From an uncultured Acidobacteriaceae bacterium (GTDB lineage: Bacteria; Acidobacteriota; Terriglobia; Terriglobales; Acidobacteriaceae), in the NCBI GenBank assembly GCA_963729355.1, contig CAVSNM010000001.1, positions 227,244 to 291,243 on the forward strand: 64,000 bases of DNA, read 5' to 3'. Position numbers and translations under genes: made by a program. This document shows positions 1-13,149 of this stretch, piece by piece. Below the pieces are notes generated by a model. It was not told where the DNA came from. It did no database searches and saw nothing but the letters and a program-made list of their open reading frames with translations. Every line of letters starts with the position of its first letter. Positions within the stretch are counted from its first letter, which is position 1.

Positions 1-2919
1 GCCTCGACTGACATCCTGCTCGACGGCGCCGAGAACGTTTCTGCTTTTAGTGCTGACGTGGGTCAGGTTGTGCCGCTTGACTCCGTGCAGGAATTCAGTG
101 TCCTCACCAATGGCTTCACCGCGGAGTACGGACGCGCTGCCGGTGGCGTGGTGAACCTTGTCACCAAATCCGGAACCAATGCCTTCCACGGCTCAGCCTA
201 CGAGTACAACCGGGTTTCGGCTTTATCCGCCAATACCTATCAAAATGACGCCAACGATATCAAGAAGGGCGTATTTACTCGCAACAATTTCGGATTTGCG
301 GTCGGTGGCCCGATCATAAAGAACAAACTCTTCTTTTTCAGCAACACCGAGTGGGTCCGCGTGCGCAGCGTGGCACCGACTACTTATGCAATTCTCGATC
401 CGTCATCCTATTCGGCGTTGGCTCCCGCCAGCCAGGCGTACTTTGCCGCAGCTGGAAAGCTGGGAACCGTTCAGACTCTCACCAGTGGCCCTTGTTCATC
501 GAACCCACTCATCCCCCTAACCTGTGACGAGATTTCCTTTAATGCACCGAGCGATGCAGGTGGCGGTTTACCGCAAAACACATGGGAAGAGGTTGCCAGG
601 GTTGACTATAATCTCAACGACAAGACGACAATCTTTGGGAGATACGCTACCTACAAAGAACTCGATTTTCCGGGCACGGTGAATTCGAGCCCATACGTCG
701 GCTACAACACCGGGCAAACCAATTACGACCAGAACTTTGAGTTCAACTTCTCCCACGTATTCAGCGCTTCCCTGTTAGACACGGCGAAGATCGCTTATAA
801 CCGGCTTAACGGACCGGTTCAGCCGCTTAGCACGGCGCCCGTACAACCAACCCTTTACAGTAGCAGCGCCCTTAATACATTGACGATCAACAATATTGGA
901 AATACCCTGGTTTTCCCGGGCTACAGCCAGACAACCCCCGGCAACAGCCTTCCCTTCGGCGGCCCGCAGAACATTTACCAATTTTACGATGACCTCTCGT
1001 ATACGCATGGCAAGCATCAGTTCAAAGTCGGCGGCCAATTCCTCCAGCTCCGCGACAATCGCATTTTCGGAGCCTACGAGAACCCAGTTGAGTATCTAGG
1101 CAAGAATACGATCGACTCGGGACTTGCGAATCTGCTCACCGGAAACATCTACCAGTTCCAGGGTGCTGTTTATCCGCAAGGCGAATTCCCCTGCGTTAAC
1201 AGTCTGACAACGGGCCAGCCGATACCGACCGCGGCGTGCACCCTTACCCTGCCTGTCGGGCCTCCGGCATTCAACCGCAACTATCGCTACAACGAAGGGG
1301 CTGCATATGCCCAGGATACTTGGAAGCTCTTACCCCGTTTGACAATCGATCTCGGTGTTCGCTGGGAATACTACGGCCCACAGCACAACGCAAATCCAGC
1401 GCTTGATTCCAATTTCGTTTTCGGCCAGGGAGCTAATGAGTTCGATCAGATCCGCAATGGCAGCGTCCAACTTGCCGCAAACGGTGGCTACTTCTGGAAG
1501 CCTTCGTATAAGAACTTTGGCCCACGCGTCGGCTTTGCCTGGGACATGTTCGGTGACGGCTCGACCTCGCTCCGTGGGGGGTTCGGAATGAGCTTCGAAC
1601 GTAACTTCGGCAACGTGACCTTCAACGCCATCCAGAACCCGCCGAATTATGCCGTGATTAGCCTTGTTAGCAAAGCGGCCAACAATGGAGTTGGGGATGT
1701 TGCGTCCATGCCTGTGTACACCGACGTTGCGGGCCCGCTTGCTGGAACCGGAACTAAATTGTTGCCAGTGGTCAGTCAACGTGCGATCGACCAGAAAATC
1801 AAGACAGCCTATGCCCCCACTTGGAACCTTTCGGTCGACCGCCGTGTCGGTAGGGGTGTGTTTTCTGTGGCCTACGCCGGGTCCCACGGAATTCACCTTT
1901 ATGACATCTCCAACATCAATAATGCTACCGACGGTGGGGAGTATCTTGGCGACGCGCTCTTTGGCAACCGCCTCAATACTCAATACAGCAACATGAACTT
2001 CCGCAGCGACCATGGCTACAGCCATTACGACGCCCTAAACCTGAAGTACGGGGCGACCAATCTTTTCAACAAAGGATTGGCCATTACCGCAAACTACACC
2101 TGGTCACACTCCCTGGATAACCTGTCTTCGACATTCTCTGAAGGTTTTGCCGGAGGCGCCTCGGGGCAATATCAATTGGGCTATCTGGATGCGTTTAATC
2201 CCCAGTTGAACTATGGCAATTCTGATTTTGACATTCGGAATCGCCTCAATGCCAGTTTGTCATGGGAGACGCCCTGGCTGAAGACCTCAGGGAATGCGAT
2301 TGCCAGGCAGGCGCTGGGTGGCTGGGGGCTCGGCACGATTTTCAGTATCCGAAGCGGCTCGCCGTTCAGCATCTATGATTCGACTAATACGAACAGTGGA
2401 GGTACTGAACCACTGTGGATTGCTTCCAGCCCTGTTCCGACCACGGGTTCGCCCTCGAACGTGGGGGCAAACCAGTTTAACTACATCGCCCTGCCGAGCA
2501 GCGTCCAAGTTATTAATGGTGTTCCTACGCAGGTCGTCAATAACACAGGCGACTCACTCGGTATCCCAAACTGCACCGGGCTGTTTCACGTAGGCTGCAC
2601 ATACACCACCAGTGGCTTGCCCTATCCCGAACGAAACCAATACGTGGGGCCAGGCTACTGGAACATCGACATGAACTTCTATAAGACGTTCAAGATTACC
2701 GAACGTTTTGGCCTACAGTTCCGCGCTGAGATGTACAACATTCTCAATCACCACAACCAGTACATCAATTATTTCAATCTTGATGCGGGCTCGATCGCCA
2801 TTCCAGTAGGAGGGCCAGCCCCTGCCATCCAGACGGAGAAGGGTGGCGTTTTCGGTTCGGCGGGTCAGCCGAGCGACGAGCGCCGCAACATCCAGTTCGG
2901 GCTGAAGCTGACGTTCTAA
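1..2919 (+). CDS. TonB-dependent outer-membrane receptor, 5' end outside the window
   Basis: The frame of listed ORF 58..2919 stays open back to nt 1 (ASTDILLDGAENVSAFSADVGQ...). It has a plug-like motif NGFTAEYGRAAGGVVNLVTKSGTN and a very long Asn/Gly/Tyr/Ser-rich barrel region. The terminal ...NIQFGLKLTF (C-terminal Phe) is typical of TonB-dependent receptors. Confidence 0.85.
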   Translation, partial: ASTDILLDGAENVSAFSADVGQVVPLDSVQEFSVLTNGFTAEYGRAAGGVVNLVTKSGTNAFHGSAYEYNRVSALSANTYQNDANDIKKGVFTRNNFGFAVGGPIIKNKLFFFSNTEWVRVRSVAPTTYAILDPSSYSALAPASQAYFAAAGKLGTVQTLTSGPCSSNPLIPLTCDEISFNAPSDAGGGLPQNTWEEVARVDYNLNDKTTIFGRYATYKELDFPGTVNSSPYVGYNTGQTNYDQNFEFNFSHVFSASLLDTAKIAYNRLNGPVQPLSTAPVQPTLYSSSALNTLTINNIGNTLVFPGYSQTTPGNSLPFGGPQNIYQFYDDLSYTHGKHQFKVGGQFLQLRDNRIFGAYENPVEYLGKNTIDSGLANLLTGNIYQFQGAVYPQGEFPCVNSLTTGQPIPTAACTLTLPVGPPAFNRNYRYNEGAAYAQDTWKLLPRLTIDLGVRWEYYGPQHNANPALDSNFVFGQGANEFDQIRNGSVQLAANGGYFWKPSYKNFGPRVGFAWDMFGDGSTSLRGGFGMSFERNFGNVTFNAIQNPPNYAVISLVSKAANNGVGDVASMPVYTDVAGPLAGTGTKLLPVVSQRAIDQKIKTAYAPTWNLSVDRRVGRGVFSVAYAGSHGIHLYDISNINNATDGGEYLGDALFGNRLNTQYSNMNFRSDHGYSHYDALNLKYGATNLFNKGLAITANYTWSHSLDNLSSTFSEGFAGGASGQYQLGYLDAFNPQLNYGNSDFDIRNRLNASLSWETPWLKTSGNAIARQALGGWGLGTIFSIRSGSPFSIYDSTNTNSGGTEPLWIASSPVPTTGSPSNVGANQFNYIALPSSVQVINGVPTQVVNNTGDSLGIPNCTGLFHVGCTYTTSGLPYPERNQYVGPGYWNIDMNFYKTFKITERFGLQFRAEMYNILNHHNQYINYFNLDAGSIAIPVGGPAPAIQTEKGGVFGSAGQPSDERRNIQFGLKLTF

Positions 2920-2943
2920 GTATCTCTTCGAACTCGGCAGTAA

Positions 2944-2972
2944 ATTGGGGAGCTTCGGGCTCCCAATTTTTT
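2944..2972 (+). terminator. Rho-independent terminator after the receptor gene
   Basis: ATTGG-G-GAGC / ttcgg loop / GCTC-CCAAT stem-loop followed directly by TTTTTT. It begins 25 nt after the stop codon at 2919. Confidence 0.7.
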
Positions 2973-3065
2973 GCATCCGATGCCTGGAAGAACTCGCGAA
3001 CGAACATCCACGCGACCAGAATACGGAGAAGGCGAGGTATCAGCGGCTATTCTACCGGGATAGGG

Positions 3066-3280
3066 ATTGTAGGCTATGCGGGCAAGGAAATGCTTTGGAG
3101 CGCTGTAAGCGCACCCGCGCAAAGATAATCCGGGCAGTTACAGTAAAAGACGTGCGAGAAGGAAGAACCCTAGAAGAAAAACGGGAGTGTTATCTTGCGG
3201 GAAGGATTCGGCCGTACAGGTTTAGACCAAGACTGCAACAACTCGATGCTCTGTTAGTGCAGTCAGCCACTAGGGAAACC
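3066..3280 (+). repeat. Dispersed repeat family, copy A (intergenic, between receptor and metH ends)
   Basis: By-eye alignment to 8229-8460 and 13150-13360. Shared blocks are ATTGTRAG.., GCTTTGGAGC..GCGCA, and the core AAGACGTGCG(A/G)GAAGGAAGAACC..AGAAGAAAAACGG(G/A)AGTGTTATCTTGCGG(G/A)AAGGATTCGG. Copies A and B also share CAGTCAGC(C/T)ACT(A/T)AGGGAA; copy C is deleted and diverged there. Confidence 0.6.
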
Positions 3281-3291
3281 GGAGATCGGTG

Positions 3292-6017
<2,726 letters not shown>

Positions 6018-6021
<4 letters not shown>

Positions 6022-7154
6022 GCTCGACTCTCAATCTCGCTCTGGGGAGCGAACGATTCGTCGGCGCGCTGCGGCCCCCACTTTCGAGGAGGCTGGCCTT
6101 CGAGCGCTTTCGCTATAGCCGCGATATGGTCGGGCGTATTTCCGCAGCAGCCGCCGGCGATGTTGATCAACCCTCCCCGCGCGAAGTCGCCCAGATAGCG
6201 AGCCATGTCCTCCGGTCCCAGATCGAAGCCGGTTTCCGACAGCGGATTCGGGAGCCCGGCATTGGGGTAGCACGAGATGGCCGCGTCCGCTTTTTCCGAG
6301 AGTTCCTCTAGAAACGGATACATCAGATCTGGACCGAGGGAGCAGTTGAGGCCCACCGACAACGGCTTCACGTGCCGCACCGCGTTCCAGAACGCCTCCG
6401 TCGTCTGCGCCGAGATCATCGTCTCACCACCACGCCCCACTGCTGCCGAGATCATTACTGGCAACTCCTTGCCGTCTTTATCGAACACCTCGCGTATTGC
6501 GACGAGCGCCGCTTTGGCGTTCAGCGAGTCGAAGATTGTCTCGACCAGAAGCAGATCTACGCCGCCGGCGATGAGCCCACGCACCTGCTGAGCGTAGGCT
6601 GTCTTAACCTGATCGAACGTCACCACTCGAAATCCCGGATCATCAGCGTCGGGCGAGTTCGAAAGAGAAACAGTCAGTGGCCCAATAGCTCCCGCCACAA
6701 ACCTCTGACGAGAGCTTGCGGTCCCGAGACGATCGGCCCATTCGCGGCACTGCCGCGCCGATTGCTCATTGATCTCCCAAGCTAGCGTTCCGAGAAATGA
6801 ATCATCGATGACTTTTTGGTAGAACTCAGGATCTTTGCGACCGCCGCGCTCCCGCGGGTCGTCCACGAAGAATTCGCTCTGGGAGATACTGGTTGCGCCA
6901 AAAGTATTGGTCTCAATGATGTCCGCCCCTGCCTCCAGAAACCGGCGATGGATGTCCCCAATCATCTCGGGCTTAGTCAGACTGAAGAGATCCCCGTTAT
7001 TCAGCAGGCTCTTTGTCGCGTTCTTGAAGCGTTCCCCGCGAATGTCCGCTTCGGTCATGCCGTAGGTGCGAATAGTCGTGCCCATCGCACCGTCGATAAT
7101 GGCAATTCGATTCTCCAGGATCGTTTCCAGAGGATGCTGGTGCACTTTCTTCAT
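6018..7154 (-). CDS. Homocysteine S-methyltransferase module (MetH N-terminal domain) as a separate ORF
   Basis: 378 aa with IIDGAMGT near the N-terminus and the Zn-ligand motif [11 protein letters not shown] typical of the Hcy-binding domain. Its TGA stop overlaps the GTG start of the metH ORF (GTGA at 6018-6021). Confidence 0.85.
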
Positions 7155-7232
7155 ATCTTTATTTGATGACCTTAAGCGGGTTTCGCTTCCGCCTTAACCT
7201 TGAGGCATTTCCGCGAAATGTTGGTTCTTTTA

Positions 7233-7784
7233 TTATAACGATGGCCCAGATGTCGTAGCCGTTGCGGGTGTAATCACTGAGTAATCGTGATACCGTCGAA
7301 TGAAAAAGGACTTGCCGAATTTCTGCAAGCGCCACCCGCACATCGCCTTGAGGCCAGTCGTCCGCTGCCGAGTGTCTGCTTCGATGCACGCTGCGTACAC
7401 CGTTGGAGCCGCACTGCCCCCGGTGTAGAGATTTTTTTCCGCTGAACAATTCGCGTCGCGGAACTTTAGCCATAGGCGCTGTGCTGCTTGCAGATCTTTT
7501 TGCTCGTCTGCGGATAATACTTCTCGGATGCGGACGTAAATCTTATTGAGCTGTTCGTCAACCGACTTAGAAGCTGAGATAAAACAGGCTGTCGTTTCAG
7601 CGTTAGAAGCCGGGCCTTGGCACGGCGCATCCGGTGCATTCATGTGTTGTGCGCTTGCGTAGTCGGCAAGAAAAAAGCAGGTTGCTAACAATAAAGCAAC
7701 TGAAAATGTGCTATGGACTGTACTTGCATGTGAGTCATGGTACGGGAAGCCCTTCCCGTCGGCCAAGATGCTCAGGTGACGCAA
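7233..7784 (-). CDS. DUF1311/LprI-like secreted protein
   Basis: Hydrophobic signal-like segment FSVALLLATCFFLADYASA. This is followed by the pattern C..........LN..Y..I...L......L..AQR.WL.FRD..C....... typical of the lysozyme-inhibitor LprI/DUF1311 fold. The start codon is uncertain. Confidence 0.55.
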   Translation of the reverse strand: MRHLSILADGKGFPYHDSHASTVHSTFSVALLLATCFFLADYASAQHMNAPDAPCQGPASNAETTACFISASKSVDEQLNKIYVRIREVLSADEQKDLQAAQRLWLKFRDANCSAEKNLYTGGSAAPTVYAACIEADTRQRTTGLKAMCGWRLQKFGKSFFIRRYHDYSVITPATATTSGPSL

Positions 7785-7806
7785 TCAGGCCATTTTTTCC
7801 GTTCGA

Positions 7807-8235
7807 CTAAGTGATGGCCGGTAGAACCGGTGTTGTCGGCTGACTGAGGAAGCGCACCAGTCGCTTGATGTTCTGAGCTACCGCTGCCAGGAAGAACTGC
7901 TCGCGCACGAACCTGAGTCTCCGCAGACGCAAGCGCCGCGATCCGATCTGATTCTTCAGTTCCGCGAACAAGGCTTCCACCTTCTTTCTTTGCCGCTGTG
8001 CTTTGGCGAGCTCTTCCGTGTTGACCAACTCCCGCGCACGTTGTCGGGCTGCTTCGTTCTGGTGGATGATAAGGCCCCGGAAGGCAGCACTGGTGCATTG
8101 TGGCCGGAGCGAGCACGGGCCACACTTTTTTCGTGTCCCGATATAGTTGAAGGCTCGATTGCGATAAACTCGGCCACCGCAGTTGGGAGCTGGCCAGCAG
8201 ATATAGCGATTGTTTTTGCGGCATATCGATTGTGA
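7807..8235 (-). pseudogene. IS5/IS1182-type DDE transposase, C-terminal fragment only
   Basis: ...CGPCSLRPQCTSA..RGLIIHQNEAARQRARELVNTEELAKAQRQRKKVEALFAELKNQIGSRRLRLRRLRFVREQFFLAAVAQNIKRLVRFL is the conserved C-terminal tail of this transposase class. No N-terminal or catalytic part and no terminal inverted repeats are recognisable. The fragment abuts repeat copy B. Confidence 0.65.
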
Positions 8236-8580
8236 GCCCATGCAGAGACCGAAAATACTTTGGAGCTTTGGAAGCGCATACCGTGCAGGATAAGCCGGGC
8301 CGGGCAAGTACAGGAAAGAAGTGCGGGAAGGAAGAACCTCAGGAAGGAGAAAAACGGAAGTGTTACCTTGCGGAGAGGATTGGGCCCTAACGATTTAGGT
8401 CGGGGGTTGCAGTAACTCAATCCTCTGTAAGTACAGTCAGCTACTTAAGGGAATTCTTAATTTCTTCCATATTTTGCTTTTGACTCTGCGGAGTTAATGA
8501 GTAGACGAGATGCCCATCCTGCTCGCTTGCGTAAGCGACTCGGGCTCGTTCTCGTCCCCCCTTCAATTCTCCATCCTGCA
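8229..8580 (+). repeat. Dispersed repeat family, copy B, including a remnant of a gene 3' end
   Basis: Collinear with 13150-13480. The right part (8496-8575, minus strand) still translates as ..DENEPESLTQASRMGISSTH*. That matches the real C-terminus ..GNSEPESLTQASRMDSSSIR* of the gene ending at 13396. Confidence 0.75.
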
Positions 8581-8592
8581 GGGAGGAGCATT

Positions 8593-10461
8593 TCAGCTCT
8601 CGACTCGCTGGTACAGCCGGTAGCGCTCCGACATGATCGAGGCGAAAGGCCGAAGCACTAGCGCTCCGCCATCAGTCTGGACCTTCCAATCGTCCGATAA
8701 TTTTGCGATCGGTTCCGCTGTTAGCAATTGCTTTCGCGTGAGGTGTGCTGGACTGTCTCCAACCGCAAACAACGCTATCGGACCGCGCATCAGAGCGACA
8801 ACGTCGGGATTCCGTTCATCCACGGCTTCGAGCCTCAACGGCATTTCCAGTTCAAGTTCCACTCTGTCTCCATCTTTCCAGGTACGCCGCAGGGCTAAGA
8901 ATTGCCCGGGCTCAATCGCCGCTTCTCTGCGCCTGCCATTTACCGACAGACTCGTCTTCGATCCGGCCCATGCCGGGACCCGCACAAACATCGTGAAACT
9001 CTCGGGCCTGCCCAAAGCAAGTGCGAATTGCGTCGCGTTCGCCCGAGGATATTCTGTGTTCTGGGTCAGCGTGCACCGCGTGTTGTTCTGGATCCACGAA
9101 ACACGGGAGGGAATAAACAGGTTGACATGAATGCCGTCCCCACTTTTGTAGTAGGAGCTGATGCCGTAATCGGCTGTGAGTTGCGGAAACGTTCCCGAGC
9201 AGCACGGCCACTTGTCCCGGTGATGGACCTTTGCGGCTGCGTTGTTGTAGTCCGAATAGTAGAAGGTTGTGCCATCGGCAAGAATCGGCGTCGCCCCCGC
9301 AATGGTGTTGTAGAGCACGCGTTCCATGCTGTCCCCATAGCGCGAATCGCGAGTCACCCGCAACAAGTAGCGGGTGACTTTGAAGTGCCCATACGCTCCG
9401 CACGGCGTTTCAAAACTATTGTGCGTAGTCCCCAAACTTGCGTTCAGCAGGCCTTTCCCCGGCTCTACGAACGCTTCGTTCGGCCCCCAGCCGCCAGTCG
9501 CGTAGCTCTGCTCCTGTACCATGCGCAAACCATTGCGCGCGGCACGAAGATACTTTTCATCGCCCAGCACCAGATACGCCTGCATCGCCGAGCTAAACGC
9601 ATTCACATGGCTGTAAGCGTGTTCGCCAGGCAGAACGTTCTGCCCTTCGGCCAGCGGATCGAAGTACTCCTTTTCGATGAAACGGATCGCGAGATCGCGG
9701 TACCGGGGGTTGCCGCTGCGCTGATAGGCGAGAAAGAAGTTTTCCGGAAGCGTGTACGATTCATCCCACGTATCGGCCACCATCTTGTGCGGACGCGCGT
9801 TCATCTCGGGGCGGCTCAATGCCTTTTCTGGCAAATGGGGAAGCGCAGCTTGGGTTGCGCGCCAGTGGACATCGAGCGCATCCGGGCATTTTGCAAACTC
9901 GTGAGCATCAATCAGCCCGCAGCTTGTCTTGTCGTACGTGTACGCCGGAAGGTGATAGCCCTCATAAAATTTCCCTGACGCCTCGACCGTCTCTCCGAAC
10001 CCGCGCACCAGCCGATGCACCTTCTCCTGCGTTGCCTTCGACCCAGTCACAGCGTAAGCGCGGGCTAATCCTGAAACATATTGTCCAAAACTGTGACCCG
10101 GAATAAAGCCATGGAAATTGTCACCGGCATTGAACTCGTCGGAGTTGTCATACCAGCCTCCCATGTCAGGGCCGGGCGCCGCCATTTCCCCGCGCTGCCG
10201 AAACGGCTTAAGTAAGGCGTCTTCGTTGAGATGCAGGAACAAATCATGATTGTGATCGAACTGCTCGCGCAGAAGCCCATCGAGCAATTGCACGTCCGAA
10301 TATCCAAACGACGACAAAGGGGCTTCGATCGCGACTTGTGTTGATGGGAATGCCCATGCAAGGGGACGCATCGCCATTGCGCCCGCCGCAATGGCGCTCG
10401 TTTTCAGAAACCGGCGCCGTGATGCGTTCATGCCATCCTCCGTCGTCCTCCGAGCGGACAT
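8593..10461 (-). CDS. Glycoside hydrolase family 127-like (DUF1680, beta-L-arabinofuranosidase-like), Tat-exported
   Basis: Twin-arginine signal SRRRFLKTSAIAAGAMAMRPLAWA. The 622-aa length and motifs fit DUF1680/GH127, including HRDKWPCCSGTFPQ (a Cys pair as in HypBA1-type enzymes). Confidence 0.7.
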   Translation of the reverse strand: MSARRTTEDGMNASRRRFLKTSAIAAGAMAMRPLAWAFPSTQVAIEAPLSSFGYSDVQLLDGLLREQFDHNHDLFLHLNEDALLKPFRQRGEMAAPGPDMGGWYDNSDEFNAGDNFHGFIPGHSFGQYVSGLARAYAVTGSKATQEKVHRLVRGFGETVEASGKFYEGYHLPAYTYDKTSCGLIDAHEFAKCPDALDVHWRATQAALPHLPEKALSRPEMNARPHKMVADTWDESYTLPENFFLAYQRSGNPRYRDLAIRFIEKEYFDPLAEGQNVLPGEHAYSHVNAFSSAMQAYLVLGDEKYLRAARNGLRMVQEQSYATGGWGPNEAFVEPGKGLLNASLGTTHNSFETPCGAYGHFKVTRYLLRVTRDSRYGDSMERVLYNTIAGATPILADGTTFYYSDYNNAAAKVHHRDKWPCCSGTFPQLTADYGISSYYKSGDGIHVNLFIPSRVSWIQNNTRCTLTQNTEYPRANATQFALALGRPESFTMFVRVPAWAGSKTSLSVNGRRREAAIEPGQFLALRRTWKDGDRVELELEMPLRLEAVDERNPDVVALMRGPIALFAVGDSPAHLTRKQLLTAEPIAKLSDDWKVQTDGGALVLRPFASIMSERYRLYQRVES

Positions 10462-10506
10462 TTGCCCGAGAATTTCTTGCGGTAGGGGATTTGTTCCTCG
10501 CCGGGG

Positions 10507-13138
10507 TTAGGGCGATTCCCAGTCGAGCGCGAAAACATCCTGAGTCCCGGCGTCTCGCAGCAACAATGGCGAATCGTCCGGTGCGAGCGCCAACGAACCA
10601 CCGTACCGGCCAGCAATCAAAAAATTCTTCAAGTCAGCGACTCGTTCAGCTTTGTGGTCGCTGATGCGAATTCTGACGACTGTGCTTCCTCCCCGCGAAT
10701 CCAATACATAAACGTATTGTCCGTCCTTCGACAAATTCTGCCAGCTGAAGGATCCCTCGGCGAGATCAGTCCATTTTTGAGTCTGGAAGTCGAAAAGCAA
10801 CAGTCTCGTCGAATCCGCGGAGAATGCGGTGATGTACTTGTCGGTCGGCGCCCATCGCGGCGAGTAAAGACCTTGTGAGCCCGGCACCTCAGAAACCCGG
10901 CGGGTAGCCAAGTCGAAAATGCGGATTACCGAGGCGGCGTCATTGGACTGTCCACCGTAGACAATCTTGCTCCCATCTGGGGACCAGTTTGGATCCAATT
11001 GCTGACCCCGATCTTCTGGGATTAGTTCGTGGGGACTTCCTCCGTCCGCGGAAACTTCATACATTCGGGCGGGCTTGTCAGAACTGGACCAAAATTCGAA
11101 GAAAACGATGTTCTTGCCGTCGGGCGACCAGCGAGGCAGCATGGCGTACAACGGCGGAAAGGTGAGTTGCAGACGTTCGCTTCCATCCGCCCTGCTTCGC
11201 CATAAGGTGCCCTCACGATAGGAAACATAGGTCACCCACTCGCCATTCTTGAAGAAGTCAACATATTCCGCGGAAATGCCCCCCAGAAACGGCAAGAACT
11301 GGCCAGACTTCGTGTCGTAACGGGTCAGTTCTCCCCGGTATGTTTCCCCGATGACAAATAGTTTCTTGCCGTCCTTGCTGGGAAGCGGCGAGGACAATGA
11401 CAGCGGGCTGGAAGTTAAGGGAATGGGCTTGGGATCGGAACCAATCAAGTTGCTTTTTTTTGGAAGGGCCCAGATTTGGTGATCCGATTGAAAGACAAAA
11501 TATTTCCCGTCGCCCGTCCATTTTCCGCAGCACTCGTCTGCCGGATTACGCCAGCCCTCCAATAACCGGTGTAAACCGCTTCCATGCACGGACACCCCCC
11601 AAGCCAGTTGTTGCCCCAGACCCCCGGCACTTTCCGTGCCGTCGAACCGCAACTCGTCCCCATTCGGCGACCACACAACATTATTAATATCGCCTTCCAC
11701 GGAAACCAATTTATGGGAACCGGTTCCGTCCGCATTTGCCAGGAATATTTCGCCGAGATTGGTGTAGGCCAGGGTCTTGCCATCGGGAGACCAGGCAGCG
11801 GTTTCTCCCACGGTATCCGCAAGCCTGCGGGGGGAACCTCCCAAGAGGGGAAGGCTCCAGAGCGGCCCTTTGGGGGGCGCGCCCCGTCCGTCCACTACCA
11901 GAAGTTCAGAACCATCGGGCGATAGGTCGATCGGAATCATATCTGGAGAGGGCAGAATAGGAATTCTCCTCGGTTCCCCGCCAGACGTTGACATCTCCGC
12001 CAGGCCACGCGCGGTGGAACTTGCAGTGCTTCCGACACCTAATCCTAAATAGAGCCTCGAACCATCGGTTCCGATAAGCGACTTCTGCTGGCCATCATGC
12101 GTAAGCTGAACGTAGTTTGAGACTCTTGGGCAGAGGCGTCCGCACCCAAAAATAGGCGAGCGCGACAGCACGAGTACGATCACCAGACCTGCTGCCAGCA
12201 GCAAGAAGTTGCAGGCGAGTGCGCGGCTGTTTCTTTTCATGACCGGCAACAGGTGAGGACAGCGTCGAATCCGACAAAGCTTCGAGTGCGAAGGCTAGAT
12301 CGGATGCCGACTGGAACCGTTGCTCCGGCTTCTTCTGCAAGACAGCGATACACAATTTTCTGCAATGCCAGGGGAGTGTTAGGCGCAAACCCTGAAATAA
12401 GCGATGGTTCTTCGTTCAGAACCGCGCTCATCGATATCTGCAGAGGTTTCCTTGTGAAAGCATGCCTCCTGCTTATCATTTCGTAAAGGATCGCACCGAA
12501 GGCGAAGATGTCGGAGCGGCGGTCAGTCGCCTTTCCCCGCACTTGCTCCGGCGACATGTAGCTCGGCAGTACCCCACACCTCTCCCGGAATCGTCAGCGT
12601 GGGTGCAGTGTTTGCTGCCGTCATCCTTCGGGTGTCGCAGTTTGGCCAATCCGAAGTCGAGAATCTTGAGCTGTCCGTCTTTGGTGACAAATAGATTCCC
12701 CGGTTTCAAATCGCGATGGACGACTCCTTTTTCGTGTGCCTCCGTCAGGCCGTTCGCGATCTGTATTCCGTAGTCAATAGCCTTGCGCAAGGGCAGTGGC
12801 CCGCTTCGGAGAATCTCTTGCAGCGTCATGCCTTCCAGCAGTTCCGACACCAGATACGGCGCGCCCTCGTAAGTGCCTAGCTGGTAAACCGCAAGAATGT
12901 TACGGTGATTTAATGCCGCCGCCGCTCTCGCCTCCCGCTCGAAGCGGCGCAAAGTCTCTGGTTCCGAGGAGAGCAATTCGGACAGGACTTTAATGGCAAC
13001 GTCGCGGTTCAGCCGGGAATCCCGTGCTCGATACACCTCGCCCATTGCACCTGCTCCAAGGGGCGAGAGAATTTCGTATTGCCCGAGTTGCGTGCCAGAC
13101 CTGAGGGCCATCTGCGCGCAATTATTCCACAGAAACAC
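10507..13138 (-). pseudogene. Ser/Thr protein kinase fused to TM + PD40/TolB-like beta-propeller, disrupted by three frameshifts
   Basis: The kinase subdomains are spread over four successive reading frames. GAGAMGEVY..AIK..HRDLKPGNL..DFGLAKL lies in ORF 12476-13138. ..YMSPEQ..RSDIFAFGAILYEM lies in 12237-12557. ..KKPEQRFQSASDLAFALE lies in 12095-12388. The TM segment plus repeated WSPDG/PD40 blades lie in 10507-12249. Confidence 0.7.
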
Positions 13139-13149
13139 GCCGTTGCGTG

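Noticed and set aside
7155-7232. Looked for a cobalamin or SAM riboswitch upstream of the split metH genes.
   Set aside because: The gap is only 78 nt and I could not find a B12-box or other riboswitch core. metH is also not usually riboswitch-controlled.
7772-8420. Overlapping minus-strand ORFs 7772-8224 and 7956-8420 as additional genes or as frameshifted parts of the transposase.
   Set aside because: Only the frame of 7807-8307 carries recognisable transposase sequence. The others are Arg/Ser/Pro-rich shadow frames that run into the repeat element.
12476-13138. Listed 220-aa ORF as an intact small Ser/Thr kinase.
   Set aside because: The sequence becomes nonsense immediately after DFGLAKL. 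Subdomains VIII-XI continue in two other frames, so it is the first fragment of a frameshifted gene.
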